From Harriotta raleighana (lineage: Eukaryota): a stretch of 64,000 bases of DNA. The translations under genes were made by a program, and so were the position numbers. Below the pieces are notes generated by a model. That model searched no databases and had not been told where the DNA came from. It was given only the letters and a program-made list of their open reading frames with translations. Of this stretch, positions 62,756-64,000 are shown in pieces. Numbering within the stretch: the stretch's first letter is position 1; each line of letters opens with the position of its first letter. Location: assembly GCA_050575255.1 (NCBI GenBank), contig JBNZDD010013567.1, forward strand, positions 652,842-716,841, read 5' to 3'.

Positions 62756-64000
62756 TACTTGCAAACCTGTACATATATCTAATATTAACAGAATATGCTA
62801 ATTATTGTCAGGGCACACTTCTAAAGAGAAAATGTCTGCAGAAATGAAAACAAACCATTTTAAGGATACAATTATTGTAATTAAGAATTTAAGATTTTAT
62901 GATATTTATAAAGCTTTAATGCTCATACTCAAACGTATTACTCTACATCATTAAAGTAACTACCATTGAAACAATACAACTGTGACACTAAAAAGCAGCG
63001 GAATCAAGTTCATCATTCACGGAATCCATCCTTATAGTTTAACAAAAAAACACTCATTTTGTTTACCGTGAACTGAATGCTGCAAAACATTGGTTTGAAA
63101 GTTGTTTTAAAAGCTTATCTATATATAAAAAAAACTGTAAGGTAGGTAAATACTCAAGGACACAATGCCCCAGTGGCACAACAAGAGTAAACATAATATT
63201 ATTGGATAATAACCCAAAGATCCAGTATCTCCCACTATAGATCAAATCACAGCAACATTCTTGCATATTTCAAATGCTAAATGTTATCAATATTTAAAAA
63301 TCAATGCTACAGGATACTTACAGGTATTTTGTTTGGATGCTGTTCACGAATAACTTGGACATCTTCCACTCTCTGTTCTATAAAATAGAAGCAAAGGGGG
63401 AATAAAAACTATTTTAGTCCTTTCTGAATAGCAAATATAGCGATGATCAACTGTGTGTCAAGACAGACCAATGTATTTTGTTCGTCAATCTGAAGTTTAG
63501 CTCTCGCATGACCAAGGATACCTCTACCAGAGTAACAGTATTCCCTCCTCCCATTTCCCCCTTCTACAGCCAGCATACTGAACTCATTTACAAATGTTGC
63601 AAATGTTACTGTAGGGTTTTACTTTAGTGTTAAGTATGCTGGCAGGTTGAGATTAAATTTATCTGAACCATTCTTGTGACCTCAAAATACCTTCAAGGAT
63701 AGTGTGACAATCTGCTATAAATCCTATATCAATCACTGAATAGGAAGTGCTCCTGTAGATATTAATATCACAGTTATCATTAGAAATTGCTTTTGCAAGT
63801 TTGAGGACCAATGTCTTCTAAGCAAATTCAAAGATGTAAAAATTATGAACAAAAATAACCAGTATTTCTCTCAAAACCCATAACCATAAATTTACTAACT
63901 TTAATCTTGAACAACAGGATAAAACAAGATTAATCTGTTAAAACTCTAGATGAGAAAGCTACCTATAAAGGCAATTTAATCAGAACTACATTTTTTTCAT

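Overview
This is AT-rich vertebrate genomic DNA. The repeat content (tRNA-headed Deu-type SINEs, L2 and shark-type CR1 ends) suggests a cartilaginous fish, possibly a holocephalan; that is an inference. It holds two protein-coding genes in convergent orientation. (1) The last six coding exons of ZFPM1/FOG1 lie on the + strand (745-18823, about 1105 aa within the window; the 5' exons are upstream of the window). (2) A complete two-coding-exon TRHR2 (TRH receptor type 2, 408 aa) lies on the - strand (52070-54581). The rest is intron or intergenic sequence with SINEs, L2/CR1 fragments, Tigger/pogo-type and hAT-type MITEs, several N-associated duplications that look like assembly artefacts, and a 300-N gap. 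The most notable observation is that this FOG1 has 11 zinc fingers rather than the 9 of mammalian FOG1. It carries both the FOG1-specific C2H2 pair and a second C2H2 pair resembling FOG2 fingers 3/4, and in-frame exon skipping would give a FOG2-like junction. Dense RUNX/GATA/NF-E2/C/EBP motif clusters are candidate haematopoietic enhancers. All gene and repeat identities come from recalled family sequences, not from database searches.
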